From Blasia pusilla (lineage: Eukaryota): a stretch of 64,000 bases of DNA. Within the stretch, counting starts at the first letter, position 1; every line of letters begins with the position of its first letter. Made by a program: the position numbers and the translations under genes. Positions 27,941-41,244 of the stretch are shown here, piece by piece. The notes below the pieces were generated by a model. The model was not told the origin of the DNA. It saw only the letters and a list, made by a program, of their open reading frames with translations, and did not search any database. Location of the stretch: NCBI GenBank assembly GCA_050084515.1, contig CM114271.1, forward strand, positions 28,334,001 to 28,398,000, read 5' to 3'.

Positions 27941-30900
27941 ACCCAAGGATTTCTGTATCCGGAATGGACAACGCTCCACATCGGCTCTCGTCAAGCCCAA
28001 TCCTCTGAATGACGCTTTCCCCAACATCAGGGGTTGCGCTCCTGAATCCAACAAGACGCGTTGCGGACTAAAAGCTCTACCTCCAGGACTCACCAACTGG
28101 AAGACCTCTCCTTGGTTATCTAGAAACACCACACCAGGAGAAGCCATGGCATGCTCTATCGCGATTCTAGCGGGCATCTCCGCCATTCTAGCAGCCGTAG
28201 CCTGCCATGAATCTGACGTGGACGGTCCGAGCATCCGCTCCAAGGGCAGGTCCATCACCTCCTATGCAATCATCTCTGAACGTGATGCAGGAACTCCAAC
28301 TCTGCGCTCACATAGCGACGCGGCCAACCGAAAAGCCTTGGCGGGCGTACCTCCCAACGTCATAACATCGGAAGCAGAAAATAAAGGAGTGCGGTACACA
28401 ACGGTGGCCGCCCCCAACAATATGCTCGACACATGCCCCTCCTGAGCATCAACAATAGGAGTCATCACACTCGCTTCTCCTATCGCCCTCCGTGCCTGCA
28501 CACCAACAACATCACCAACTCTCAAGGAACTTTGACGAGGACCCATTGATGAGGTCCTCATCGCTTCGGACAATGTGAAAGACTGAGGAAGCCTAGTCTA
28601 TTTTCTGGCTTCCCTTCGCTGTGGATCCAACTCTGCGGCTGCTCCACGCGTCACAACTACGGCGGCCTCCATCTGGGCAACCCCGCACATCCAACCAGGA
28701 TTCTCCAGATGTCTAGCTGCTCCATATGATGTCGATGCCACGGATCCGGCATCGGGTAACCTCAATGCCATGGCAGCAATCTGCTCATGTAGCTGCTGTA
28801 TTTGAGCAGCCACCCCAGCCTCACGTCCGGCGTCTCCCTCGACGCGTCTAGGTGGTGGTAATCTACCTCCTCCACGAGCAGCTCCACCACCCTGTCCGGC
28901 AACTCTAGCTCCTCGTCCCCCAACGGGACCACCTGGTGCACGATCTCTAGCCCACACGGACCGACTACTAGCTCTGGTGCCCTCTCTGGCCCTCGGTCCG
29001 AACGTAACTCAGGATGTAAACTGAAACACCTGGCGCGTGTATGACCATACCTCTGACAAAAGTCACACTGATAACCTCCTGGTGCAGCACCATCTCCTCC
29101 TCCATGCTAAGGCATACGTTCATGACCTTGACGAGTGCAATGGCGCCGATGATGGGCTCCACCACATGACCAACAAGTAATAGTAGGCGGCCGTTGTTGA
29201 GCCGCATATGAAGGCGCAGGTCTTTGTGCCACGGGCTCTCGGTATCCTCCCTGAGCTCGTGGTGCCCGATTGACCTATCTCGAGTCACGTTCTTTGCAGG
29301 TGGTGCAGCCAATCGCGACTGCTCTCGCCCAGAACCCATGGTGGCTACGCTGTCCTCCGCCATGTTGGGCTCAATGTTCTCGGCGGTCCTAAAAACATCT
29401 CTCAACGTAGGGGAGGTGTTCATAAGAAGCACCCCCTCCCGCACCCGTGGCCGCAGGGTCTGGTCTAGCATCGCGTACCATGACTGGATAGCCTGAGCCT
29501 CTGTCACCCCCTGAGTGACGTTGATCAACCGGCGCAAGCGAGTGTAAGCCTCATGTAAACTCTCACCCGGGCGCCTCTGGAAGTTGTGGATGCTCCGCAA
29601 CTTTTCCGTCCGTACCCCTTGGTAGCTCGCCCTCAACTCAGCAAAGAACTCAACCACGGGGTTGAACCAGGGACGAACCCGACTAGACGGTGCAACTACT
29701 CTAGTGCGAGTGACCCCTCCTAAAACATCACTAGTGGAAGAGGAAGTAGCCTCTCCTGACTCCTCCTCTTCATCTAGGAACGGCTCCGTCCATGACACAT
29801 AGTGTGGATCATAGTAGATTAGCCATGCCTCAATCTCCTGGGCATATCTGTGGGAAAACTCATGGTAATCGTCCATGGGTGCCCCCTCTAAATGCTGGAA
29901 CATACCGTTCCATGCTGTAAACGGGTTGAACTCTCTAGAGTTCCTGGCCCGCTGGGAGTTGCACCAACTCCTAAACTATGCTATGAAATCGTGCAACTCA
30001 ATCGTACCTACTGCACCTGAAAACCTACGCGGTTCTCTACCCCGGTCGTCCATCTCGTACGCCCAACTGGTAGGACCACTCACAATGTGTGGCAATGTGC
30101 TAACAAATTCCTCTACACCCTCCCCCTCGTCTGACGATGACATAGAAGGAGGTCGAGGTGGTCCCTGAAGTGAAGACCCTCGGAACCTCATGCCACTCCG
30201 CGTAAAACCTCTAGAGCTACTCTCGGGTTCACCACCTCCCCTCTCAAAGTCCCGAACGGACGCCGTGATGACCCTCTTGCCTTTCTCACTCGATCACTCT
30301 TGCCTCGCAAGTAATCCCTCAATCACTCATCCCAAACATGCGGCACTCGATCTACACTCTCTCTCCCCGAGACATGTAACGTGCGACAATAAGCGGCGTG
30401 GTGCGGCAAATCGACCAGACTATCATCTCATCGACAATCTACCCTCAACTCTGGACATCCCATACAGGTCTATGTCCCCTAAATCACATACATAAATGAT
30501 GCTCTTAGCATCCACACACCCAATATCCCCAAATAAACTACCAAAATCCCAGAATCCCTCACATGTGCAGGATAAAGGACCAGAATGGATAACCTGAACA
30601 CATGTCGATGTCGCTCCTCAGCAACTGCGAATCTCGATCCCAACTTGGTTGTGGAGACAACTCCTCCAATCAGCAAGTCATACTCCTCCCGTACTGACGT
30701 TGCTCAAAACTCCTCGATAGACGGTGCAGTTCCAGTGGAACGGTGCGGCGTTGCAGGCGGCACGGAACGACTACGAACGGCACGGCCCTCGATGATGGGA
30801 TGCGGCACTCGGCGGCATACCCTCCTCAATCAACAATAAACCCACACTCTGCTCCACAATGCCGGAGCGGCTCCGCGATCAAGACGGTGCGGTGCGGCCA

Positions 30901-32413
30901 AGAGCGGCACAGCGCGGCAATCGGCGGCGCGTTGCGGCTACGGGCATCACGGCACGGTACCTGATCGTCGTTGAGCGGCTACCAATCACAACATAGCAGC
31001 AGGAAATCAAAACTCAAACACTATAATAGGAGGTCATATGCCATCACAAGTTGATGACGGTGGCGGCCAAAACAAAGTATGTGATGGCGACGCAAGTCCA
31101 AGAATCAACAACCGTTGTGGAAGACCCTCCACTCCGTAACGGTGGCAATGGCAACCAAGGGTGGACACGGACGGTGGACCATTGATGGTGACGGTTGACC
31201 GTTGATGATGACAGACGAACGGTGATGGTGACGGTTGACCGTTGATAGTGATGGTTGACCATCGACGGTGAAAGTGGACCGTTGATGGTTGACGGTGACT
31301 ATGACGGCGATGGCCGCCGCCGGTGTGGCGGGTGGTTTAGGGTTTGCACAATTTAGCCCTAAAAATCGCCTAGCAATGGCAGTTTTGCAAGATTGACCAG
31401 AACTTTTTGCTCGCAACTCCAAATTGCGCAATGTTTATTGCATACCGTGCAAAGCTTCATGATCTACGCCAGCATGAAAAAATATTTGGAATCGGACATT
31501 CCAGTAAAAACTGACAGGGACTGTCGTAAAGCCCAATGTCTCTTTCTTCTACCCAACATTTGGCAGCGCTTCCGCGTTGATTCCTCTCAACAAAAATATA
31601 AAACCTGTAAAAATGCAAATCAGCAAGCGACATGGTGCTCCCGAAAGCACCAGCATGGGGCAACCCACCCTCATACTCAATCCCTATCAGAAATTGGGCA
31701 AGCGCTTCCGCGCGCCACTCTTCCACACGAAAAATCGGCAAATGCAAGGAACAATCCAGGCAACCCTTGCTCCGATGAGCACTCCCATGAGCCGTTGAAC
31801 GGGGAACACGGTCCCCAACCTGCAAAAATAGCGAGTGACCAGCGAGCTCCCCCATGAAGCTCTCTCACTCTCTCATTCTCGCATTCTCTCATTCTCTCTT
31901 TGTAAAGTAAGATCCAATCTCTCTCTACACAATCTCACACCATAGCTCTCAAAGGTGTGCACTCTCTCTCATGTCAAACCAAACCCACTCTCCTAATGAG
32001 AGGCTTGGGTTACACTCATAAGGCAAGGGACCATAGCTCCGCCGCCTCATGCCAAGAGGTTCAACAAAGAGAGAATGAGCTCTCAAACTCTCTCTCCTTG
32101 GGTACCCCTCCCCTCTCCCAAGCTCTCCCCATGGTAACATATTCTCCCAAGTCACCTCCTTGGCTCTTGACCTGATGTAAGAGGTCAAGGGCCACTTACC
32201 AAAAATAGAAAGTCGATCATATACTCAAAATAGTACTTACCTAAAATAGTAAGTTCCTAAATATGGCTCCAAATGAGCCAAAACGAAGAGAAAACCTGCT
32301 CTCTCAGGTTTCCCGGGGCCTCAACAAGTCACCCTCGACCTCCTAGGCCTGTCCTCCACTACTCTTGAAGACGCTCTACTAGATCTCACCGATCTATCCT
32401 AAAGGACGTGACA
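27941..32413 (-). mobile_element. Ty3/gypsy copy 2 (same family as copy 1): 5' LTR, long leader, gag, protease; truncated at the protease
   Basis: Colinear with ~4345-8675. Gag ORF 28968-29903, two zinc knuckles (CWSCGGAHHRRHC, CDFCQRYGHTRARC), protease RVLLDSGAQPLMLG. Similarity stops at ~27941. Confidence 0.93.
31901..32413 (-). repeat. 5' LTR of gypsy copy 2 (513 bp, TG...CA)
   Basis: Sense strand begins TGTCACGT and ends ACTTTACA; homologous to 8159-8675. Confidence 0.82.
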
Positions 32414-33252
32414 CATCAGATTGAGGTTTGCGAACTTCCGACATGGCATAACCCCTATGAGGATTGGGTTTCTTGTGAGATTCCAACCATTCTATTTCCT
32501 GAGGGCACATTTCTACCACAAATTGGACACTACTTATGCGTTGGAACTCGACGGGAACAATTGACACAACATCTTGATGTCAAGTGTGCTACACGAAGCT
32601 CATATTCCATGGAAGGGATACACCCTACTACTACTGGTGTAAACTTTTGAGAATTGCCATTGGTTGGTAAATTGGTAATGGACTATGGAGTTCTCAAGGC
32701 ATACTTATCCATTTGAGGCATGATAGAGTAAATTGCTATGATTTCAAGAGTATAAATGTAGGAGGAATGGAGAGAAAAGACAAGCCAACTGCCACCTATA
32801 TGGTTGTGAGTTTGGGGGCATGGATGAAGGTTGGGCGAACAAAAATGCCAAGACTATGCCCCTTATTTTGAGAACATCACACTTATCCAAACCATTGCAA
32901 TTGTGCCACGTGTCCTCAATGTGGACGAGATGTGCTCCAGAGGTGTACCATTTTAAGGATTAATCCACGAAAAAATTGAGGAGAAAATGCTTTGTGGTTT
33001 GGCTGTTACGTGGCCACACACAGTGAGTGACTGATAACCGCAGGTTGGCGGAAGGAGGGAGTAGGAGTGGGAGGCCTAACCGGAGTGACAGCCACACGTG
33101 ACGCGGGGTAGCTTATAGGCGAATATTCGCATGGCTTAAAGTTGTCGTGAGCTCCAGGAACCGGAGGGAGGAGAGCGGAGGGGAGTTATCTGGAGTTATC
33201 CGGCTGGGGTCCAGAGTGGCCACTACGCACGGGGTACCGGGGAAGAGATTAT

Positions 33253-33270
33253 CCTAAACCCTAAACCCTG
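33253..33270. promoter_or_regulatory. Telo-box (AAACCCTA) upstream of EF-Tu; G-box CACGTG at ~33095
   Basis: CCTAAACCCTAAACCCT. Telo-boxes are common in plant translation-machinery promoters. Confidence 0.5.
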
Positions 33271-33791
33271 CTGTGAGAGAAGGAGGGTTGGTCGAGTCCA
33301 CCTCAGCGGAGGCAGGAGCCGAGGCAGCCAATGGCGAAGGCTTTGGGCATATCCGAATCGGAGGGCCGAGTGGATCAGAGCCTCCTTACGTGTACGTCGC
33401 GCGCGTGCGTTCCCTTCACCGTCGTCCACATCCCATCCACTTGGCCCTCCCGCGCCTTGCGTGGCTTCCTCCCCTCCTCTCTCCTGCCCTTCCATCCGAA
33501 GGCGCTCCTGCTCCTGCGCCCGGCGCTTATCAAAATCCTTGGATCTGGCGACGGCCTCACATCTCGCAATCTGCTCGCGGGTGCGACACTGAGTAGTAGC
33601 GGTTCATCGACCCCACCTGGGGCCTGCGCGCCTTACTGCCTTATCATAAGCTCCTTTCCTCGGCAGCTCATTTCTGCTCCCTTCGTCTCTCTAGTCCATT
33701 CGCTCGCTCGCGACTCAGCTCAGGCAGTTCGCTCTGCGTCTCCGGTGCAGGTGCGGGTGTGTTGCGGTTCTCGGCAGCGAGGATTGTGGCA

Positions 33792-35514
33792 ATGGCGGGC
33801 TGCACAGCATTCGTGGGTGTTGCGGTTGCCCCGGCTTCGGTTGCAGGTTGTGTTGCGAGGGCGCAAGGTTCCCCCACGGAGAGCGGTGGGTTGAAGGTGA
33901 GCCCCATCGGCGCCAGCGTCGGGCAGAAGTTGAGCTCCAGCGCCGCCTTCTCTCAGCTTAGCTTCGCCGAGGCGTGCCGTCCCGTGGCATGGAAAGATTC
34001 CAGGTGAGGGGACATCCGCGGCCTATTTTTCGGCTCGAGTCTTGGCAAATCGCTTTCGGTGGTAATGGCTATCGCAAACGCGTTTCGCGTCTTTGTGCCT
34101 GAGTCTAGGTTTTTTCGCGCTTGCGGCCGTGTAGGTATTGGCGATCTTGTGTGAGCGAAAGAAGGGAATGACTGTCAGTGAATGTACCGTTTTGCGGCCC
34201 TTAGTTTCTGCATGGCTGAATGTTTTCTTTCCTGTCAGCTCCAGCGCTGGTGGAAGGAAGGGAACTCTTGTCGTTCGTGCCGCTGCACGAGGAAAATTTG
34301 AGAGGAACAAGCCCCATGTGAACATCGGTACCATCGGCCACGTTGACCACGGGAAAACCACTCTTACGGCCTCTCTCACTATGGCGATGGCTTCTAACGG
34401 AACCGGTAAAGGCAAGAAGTACGACGAAATTGACGCCGCTCCCGAAGAGAGGTCCAGAGGAATTACTATCAACACTGCCACAGTAGAGTATGAAACACCT
34501 AACCGTCATTATGCCCATGTGGACTGCCCCGGACACTCCGATTACGTTAAAAATATGATCACCGGTGCGGCACAGATGGACGGAGCCATTCTCGTGGTGT
34601 CAGGTGCCGACGGCCCCATGCCCCAAACCAAGGAACACATCTTGCTGGCCAAGCAAGTAGGTGTTCCCAACATGGTCGTTTTCCTGAATAAGGAAGACCA
34701 GGTCGATGATGAGGAAATTCTTGAGCTTGTAGAAATGGAAATAAGAGAGCTTCTGAACGCCTACGAATACCCAGGAGACGACGTTCCCATCATCTCAGGA
34801 TCTGCGCTGCTTGCTATGGAGGCTCTCACCGAAAACCCTGACTTGAAGAAGGGTGAGAATGTCTGGGTTGACAAGCTCTTCAAATTGATGGAGAGTGTTG
34901 ATAGCTACATTCCCATTCCTACCAGACAAACGGAGTTGCCTTTCCTCATGGCTGTTGAAGATGTTTTCTCTATCACCGGACGAGGAACTGTTGCAACCGG
35001 GCGTGTGGAGCGCGGTACCATCAAAGTGGGTGAGGTTATTGATATTGTTGGTCTGAGAAAGGAAGTGAAGACTTCCACCGTTACAGGTCTCGAGATGTTC
35101 CAGAAGCTCTTAGACGAGGCCCTTGCAGGTGACAATGTCGGTGTTCTTTTGAGAGGAATCCAAAAGGCCGACATCCAAAGAGGAATGGTGCTTGCAAAGC
35201 CTGGATCCATCACCCCACACAGCGCCTTTGAGGCTTCGGTTTATGTCTTGAAGAAAGAAGAAGGAGGCAGACATAGTCCATTCTTTCCGGGCTACAGACC
35301 TCAATTTTACATGAGGACGACTGACGTAACTGGTTCAGTATCAAACTTGGTATCTGACAAAGGTGAGGCCACGACTATGGTTCTGCCCGGCGATCGTGTC
35401 AAAATGACAGTAGAGTTGATCCAGCCCATTGCCTGCGAGGCGAAGATGAGGTTCGCTATCCGGGAGGGAGGCAAGACAGTCGGTGCTGGTATCATCTCTA
35501 AGGTCTTGGATTGA
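33792..35514 (+). CDS. tufA: Nuclear-encoded plastid elongation factor Tu with transit peptide. Exons 33792-34003 and 34239-35514
   Basis: [35 protein letters not shown], plastid-type [18 protein letters not shown] segment, [15 protein letters not shown]. Ser/Ala-rich N-terminal exon joined by a phase-2 GT-AG intron (34004-34238), ending ...LVVRA. Confidence 0.96.
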
Positions 35515-36904
35515 GACCTGAAGATACTGCTGCCCATGTGCATCTAATTTTGGGGAAACTTGTTGTAATCTTATGTGAGACTTGGCTCCCTCGGGCTGTG
35601 TAGGGGAGAGAACAAGTAAGGACTTGCAAGGCCCTTCATTACTAATTGTAATGTAGTCGAAGTTAAAGTATTGTTGTAACCTGTAAGTTGGTTGTCTCTC
35701 TTTGTGAGTCCAAGCACTTGTCATAGATCTAGGTGAATCCACCGATTGGAGAGGAAATGTAGAGGAAGGTTGTAGACAAATTTAGGAGTTCTCATTAGAA
35801 GTAAAATCCATTCTTTACTGGGGTGATACCACACTTTGACTCGACGTTGGTGCACCATAATCATCAGGGGTTCAATCTAATTGAATAATGTCATTTCACT
35901 GAGTGGCAAAACAATGTGTGGCAATTTACTGTCTCATGCGACATCGTGGACTCCCGTCGGTCAGTTCATGGCTGAATTTCCAGGCATATCTCAGAAAGGT
36001 AGGAAGTCCTTGGCATCCTTGACAGATCCTGGTAAAGAACAGCAGTTTACACCTGCCTCTATTGCATCAGGCGTTTGAAGCTGGAGTAGCATTTCATCGC
36101 TGGGGATTTTTGAAAAACCTAAAAATGAAATCGATTTTGTGAAACTGCATTCTTCTTCGTTATGGATGTATTGAATAGGATATTTGAGAGAATATGGGCA
36201 AACAGTAATAATTCAGAGCACGGGTCTAGCCTGGCTCGGATAAACGATTGATGTTAAGTCCCATGTTTGCTTCCAATAGCATGTTGATATGGCGTGTCTC
36301 TTCTAGAGAAAGTGAAGGTCTATAGTTATGAAATCCTGATTGGAAACTGCAAGCAAAATACGAAGATACAATTAGCATTTGACACCTCAGCCTCTTCCCT
36401 CTTCCTGTTACACCACACTGAACACTTCCCGACGTTCTGTGTTGTCCATGACCCAGAGGAGTAGTCCAATTTTCCGATGTGTAGAAATATAACGAAATAA
36501 CGTCAGTGAGAATCACGATTGTATGGAGTAACAATCTCAACGACTTTCATTGTCTATGAATCGCGGTGGACATGATTTTCTCAGTAGGTGTAACTGTCTC
36601 AGTGTAAGATTTGTAATCACAATGTCTTTATTCGTCGTCAACATTACTATATTTATCAGATAGCTAATGTTGTCCCCTATGAAACATATCCAGTCAACGC
36701 TGGACAGCAGGGGAATCGGGTTCACATATCTTTGTTTGGTAGACTACCAATGTTGTTTTCTTCAAATTTGAAGAAGATTGTGTGTTTAACCCTCTATGGG
36801 TCCAATTTTTTTTTTAAATACTGAGAATTGGTGTGATGTTTGTGTATGAGTATACGAGATTAGTATGCACATTCATTTACCACACCTTCACATCATGATA
36901 CTTA

Positions 36905-37182
36905 TATGAACAAATTTGGCTATGGTGTACCATTCATCAATGGTAATTTCGAGAGAAGCCAGGTCAGCCCGTGAATGAAAGTTTCGTGAACAAAGGTGGC
37001 TATGGTGCAGCATTCATCAATGAAAGTTTCGTGAACAAAAGTGGCTATGGTGCACTATCAATGGTAATTTCGAGAGAAGCTAGGTCAGCCTGTAAATGAA
37101 AGTTTTGTGAACAAAGTTGGCTATGGTGCACCATTCATCTATGGTAATTTCAAGAGAAGCTAGGTCAGCCCGTGAATGAAAA
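36905..37182. repeat. Tandem repeat of ~80 bp units with one internally shortened unit
   Basis: Repeated GAACAAA..TGGCTATGGTG.ACCATTCATCAATGGTAATTTCGAGAGAAGC.AGGTCAGCC.GTGAATGAAAGTTT. Confidence 0.85.
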
Positions 37183-37753
37183 TGGCCGATGAAGAAAAAT
37201 ACACATGATTTGCAGTAGCCAAATAGGGAAGTTCATGGGCCTTGCAATTTGTGCATGTAATTATCAAGCCATGCACACTACATACCATATTCAATTGCTA
37301 TTTGATTGCCCTTAATTTGAATATATTCCATATGTTGATGCCGGAAACGAAGTTAGGATTGCATTACCAATGTTATTTGAGACTTCTACTAAAGTCAAGA
37401 AACATAAGCTTTCTTATCATGATGTAAGAAAGATTTGTAGAATATCAATTAAGGATGTTTTAAGGATAAAGAACAATATGGATTGGTTAGGAAATATGAG
37501 AGGGATTATAGATCATGATTTTTTAACTCTCGAGGGCGTTTCGTAATATGACAAGTTCTTTGAAACCTTTTTTTTTTCTATATTTCAAAACATGTCATGG
37601 GAAAATCACATTCTACCAAAGCATGACCAAGAAAGACTCCATGAACTATCATGACATTGATTTTAATACATCAAACCAAATGACATTTTGATTTTAATGG
37701 TTCACTTTTATGGAGCCTAAGAAAGATCCCACACTTAATAATTGTAGGAGATG

Positions 37754-38355
37754 TGTCATACGTATAGACATTGCTGCCAACATACACCGGTTGTTATGCA
37801 CACAAATTATACACACATTGCATTCGCAATATAAGATAGTTTACAATGAACTCTCAATATTTGTGATCTGCTATCAATCCTAGCCAACTCTTCAAGAGAG
37901 AATTCATGTTCAGTACATGCAAACTGCACTGTATCACGGATCCCAACATAGGTTTGATGTAAGGAAGATGAGTTATGAATGAGCTTCATCCCATATATAT
38001 CCCTTGGACATATCCATGAATGACATGCACAAATAGGTGACCTCCTCCTAGTAGGTCACCAACAATAAGTAGTACATAAGATTCTAACTCCCGAACAACT
38101 ACATACACGGTCCTCTCATAAGACCAACTACTACTCAACTACTAACTAACCCTCGAACCCAAGTGGCTCCATATAAAGGTGAGAGGATCAACCTCTCCAA
38201 AGTTGTCACTCCTCATAAAAGGAAAGGTGATCTTCGCTCTTAGGTCACCTCCTAAGAGCATGTCATATATGACCTCTAAAAATAGGGAAATACAAGACCC
38301 CTCTAAGGTTTCAATGCTATCTCGTCTCACGTCTCATCTACCATGATAAATGACA
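37754..38355. repeat. Possible solo LTR
   Basis: TGTCAT...ATGACA termini, internal TATA-like CCCATATATATCCC, two AGGTGA.CT/AGGTCACC hairpins. No clean TSD. Confidence 0.3.
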
Positions 38356-38679
38356 CAAACAACAACGCATCAATCATATAGATAAGATTCCCATGGTCTC
38401 AGAAGGATTTTAATTTTGGATATACTCTCGATATATCGTTGGTGGGACAAATAGAAAAGCGAGATTAAAAAAATAAATTCAATAAGATTTAATACTTTAT
38501 TGAATCAATATATGACCATAGATTAGAATTACAAGGGTAATCATGTATCTGGGAGAATCTTCAAGCTATATATTGCAATGTTAATTCTATACTTATTGGA
38601 AATTGATGGAAAGACATACAAAAATATGTGCAAACAACAACATGGGATCAAATTAGTTAAAATATCACTAATCCCAACA

Positions 38680-39200
38680 AACATGGTTTATTTACAAGTG
38701 GGCAAGAAAATTCTTAACTTCAAATTGGTTTTCTAAATTTTTTTAAAATAAATAGGATACATTGAGCAAATACAAACTCAATTTGGTATGCAAGGGTTAC
38801 AAATAACAATATGGTATTGATTACGAAGAAATATTTTATCAAATTTTTAAGATAGCAAGAACAAAACCATTGAAAGTTATCTTACATAGATGTCAAGACA
38901 ATCTTTCTGAATGAAGATCTTCAAGAAGAAGTGCATAGGATAGGATGCAGCCTTTTAGATATGATTCATATGAACAGGTAGAATTTCAATCTTATGTGTC
39001 AAGGTTTAAAAAAAAATTAAAAGATGCTCTGCATGGACTCAAGAAAGCTTCAAAAGCTAGCTTTGACATGATCTCATAAATCTTGCTAGAGCTACGTACA
39101 CTATTTTTTATTCTAATTTGTCACTATATTATGAGAAAGGAGGGACAATCTTAGAATACCAAATACGTTGTATGTTGATGATCTTCATATGTTTATAGTA
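38680..39200 (+). mobile_element. Highly decayed Ty1/copia RT fragment
   Basis: YGIDYEEIF, DVKTIFLNEDLQEEV, LHGLKKASKA and LYVDDL remnants in the correct order. Confidence 0.75.
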
Positions 39201-41244
39201 TGATAAGATGTAAAACAATTTCAATTCATTAATGATGTGATTATTCCACTTTTGGAAGAGTTGTATGCATGGAACTTACTAGGCATGTTCCAAACATACA
39301 ACCTTGACGTTTGTTTCATTCGTTATCATTCATGGAAGTTTGAAAGAGATCCTTTCATAACTCAGAGTGTCTAAGATCAGTAGTCTAAATTTGGATCTTG
39401 ATTATTTCCTTCACTTTATTTTATAGTGTCAAACTGCTTTTGTGTATCTTTGGATCAGTTGGTGTATAAATGGTTTGGTTGGCCCTATAGTTTAAGCTCC
39501 AAAATCTCGTGTCATTTAGATGAGAATTTAAAGTGGTATTAATATTCCACTTTACCTTATGCTTGTTTAAGTGCATAGATGATTTTCTCCATGGCAATAG
39601 GAATGTCTCTTTTGGGGATTTACCATATCTTGCCATTCTCATCAGAAATTTTTGTCGTAAAATTAAACGTGCATATCTTTCATAAGATCAACAATGAGAT
39701 GGGATCTAGATGTGTGAGGCCTCCATGTCCTTAAAGAAAAATTAATTCATGAACTTTAAAGAACCAAAAAAAACCAATGTAAGTTTCATTTTCTACTATT
39801 AAATATTTTGGGAGACTTTTTTGAGAGATCTTCTTGAAATCGTATTTTGCGTTTTTCTTTTGTAGTGAAAATTCAGAGAGAAAATTTGGGTTTCAATAGT
39901 CTTTAATGTGAATATAAGCATGGCATGTCTTAGTACCATATTTATGGATATGAATATACATGATACTATATCAACAAAGAGTTTTAAAAAAAACACAAAG
40001 AATGAAAGAAAATCTCCTCATATTATAAAAACTAGCAATTGCAATAGGGAGTTAATGTCGTAAGTGAAGTTTTCTATTTCTAATTTTTAAAATTTATAGG
40101 TCCGACCTAAATTAATGCTTTATCCATGCAATGGAGGATAAAAGAATTTGGATATTTAAAAGTCTCCACTTCAAAAATCACTTAATAATTCTTTTGTGAA
40201 TAAATTTTCATATAATAGAAAAAAATTCAAAAGTATTATAACTGATAGAGTAAGTTACAGAGTATAAAAGTGTATTATTTAGAGAAGGCTAAAGAATAAG
40301 AGGATTAGGACTTGCATAAGGATAAAGAGATGATGTAGAGAATAAGATTAGGATAAGATAAAGAGAATTTTAGTATCAAATATGTAGTGCACATAAGGTC
40401 GTGCATATAAATAAGAGGCACATAACAAGCATGTAGTAAATATATTGTATGGTTATTGAAAAAGAAATGAAGCTTAAGTAGACTCGGTCTCATTAATCCT
40501 AGATGTAGGAGTCAGGGATCACTTGAGAGTATATAAGGAAGGGAGAAAATACTTATGAATAGTCTTACCCTTTTTATACTCAGATTTTTCTATTAGTAAA
40601 TAAGAGTCTTACAACTAGATATATTATGCGCTACAGAGGAGGAGAATTTTAAATGATTGATGATCAATCTAAATCTAAATTTGCAAAGATACGGCTTTTC
40701 TTATGAACAACCATGGTATGTTTTTCTGTCTGTGCTTTAATGAGTTACTGGGTAACAAGAGGGAGAAAAATATTTAAATAAATTAAAATATTCCAAGAAA
40801 AATATTTTATGCATTTTAAATTTAATGTCAAGTATCATTGATTTTTTAATATAAAAAATTGAGCAATCAAATCTAAAATTCACCTTTGAAAGGAGTATTT
40901 AGTGAGAACTAGGATGAGAATGTTTATCAATTTCTTGATACTCAAATCTCCTTGAATTATGAAAAAAAAAAGGTAAGAAGTTAATTCAAAATTAATTGAA
41001 TATTCACTTATATAGAGTATCATTCCTTGTAAAGATAGTGAAGATGATCAAATTGCATGTCTACCACAATAGAAAATGATTCCTACAGAAATTTCAAGGA
41101 TTTTGTGGTCGTGCGCATACACATCGCTACACAACATACATCGCTATCAACGAACATACTCACAAACACGCACGATCCTACGCTAACTCATGACATTCAA
41201 ACAATGAGACGAGAAGTACCAAAATATCTCCAATAAATCAATGA

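Noticed and set aside
31972-32413. Alternative shorter LTR with TGTCA...TGACA termini
   Set aside because: Homology with the 41k LTR extends beyond 31972, and the 31901 boundary places the inverted-repeat arm exactly at the PBS position. Not fully excluded without a 3' LTR.
32414-32830. Possible Ulp1-like protease remnant (..ENCHWLV..) in the sequence flanking gypsy copy 2
   Set aside because: Only one short motif amid stops; too weak without a profile search.
33223-33894. Overlapping GC-rich ORFs upstream of EF-Tu
   Set aside because: No recognisable motifs; consistent with 5' UTR, UTR intron and promoter sequence.
34138-34238. N-terminal extension of the 458 aa EF-Tu ORF
   Set aside because: It lies within a GT-AG intron; the true N-terminus comes from the exon starting at ATG 33792.
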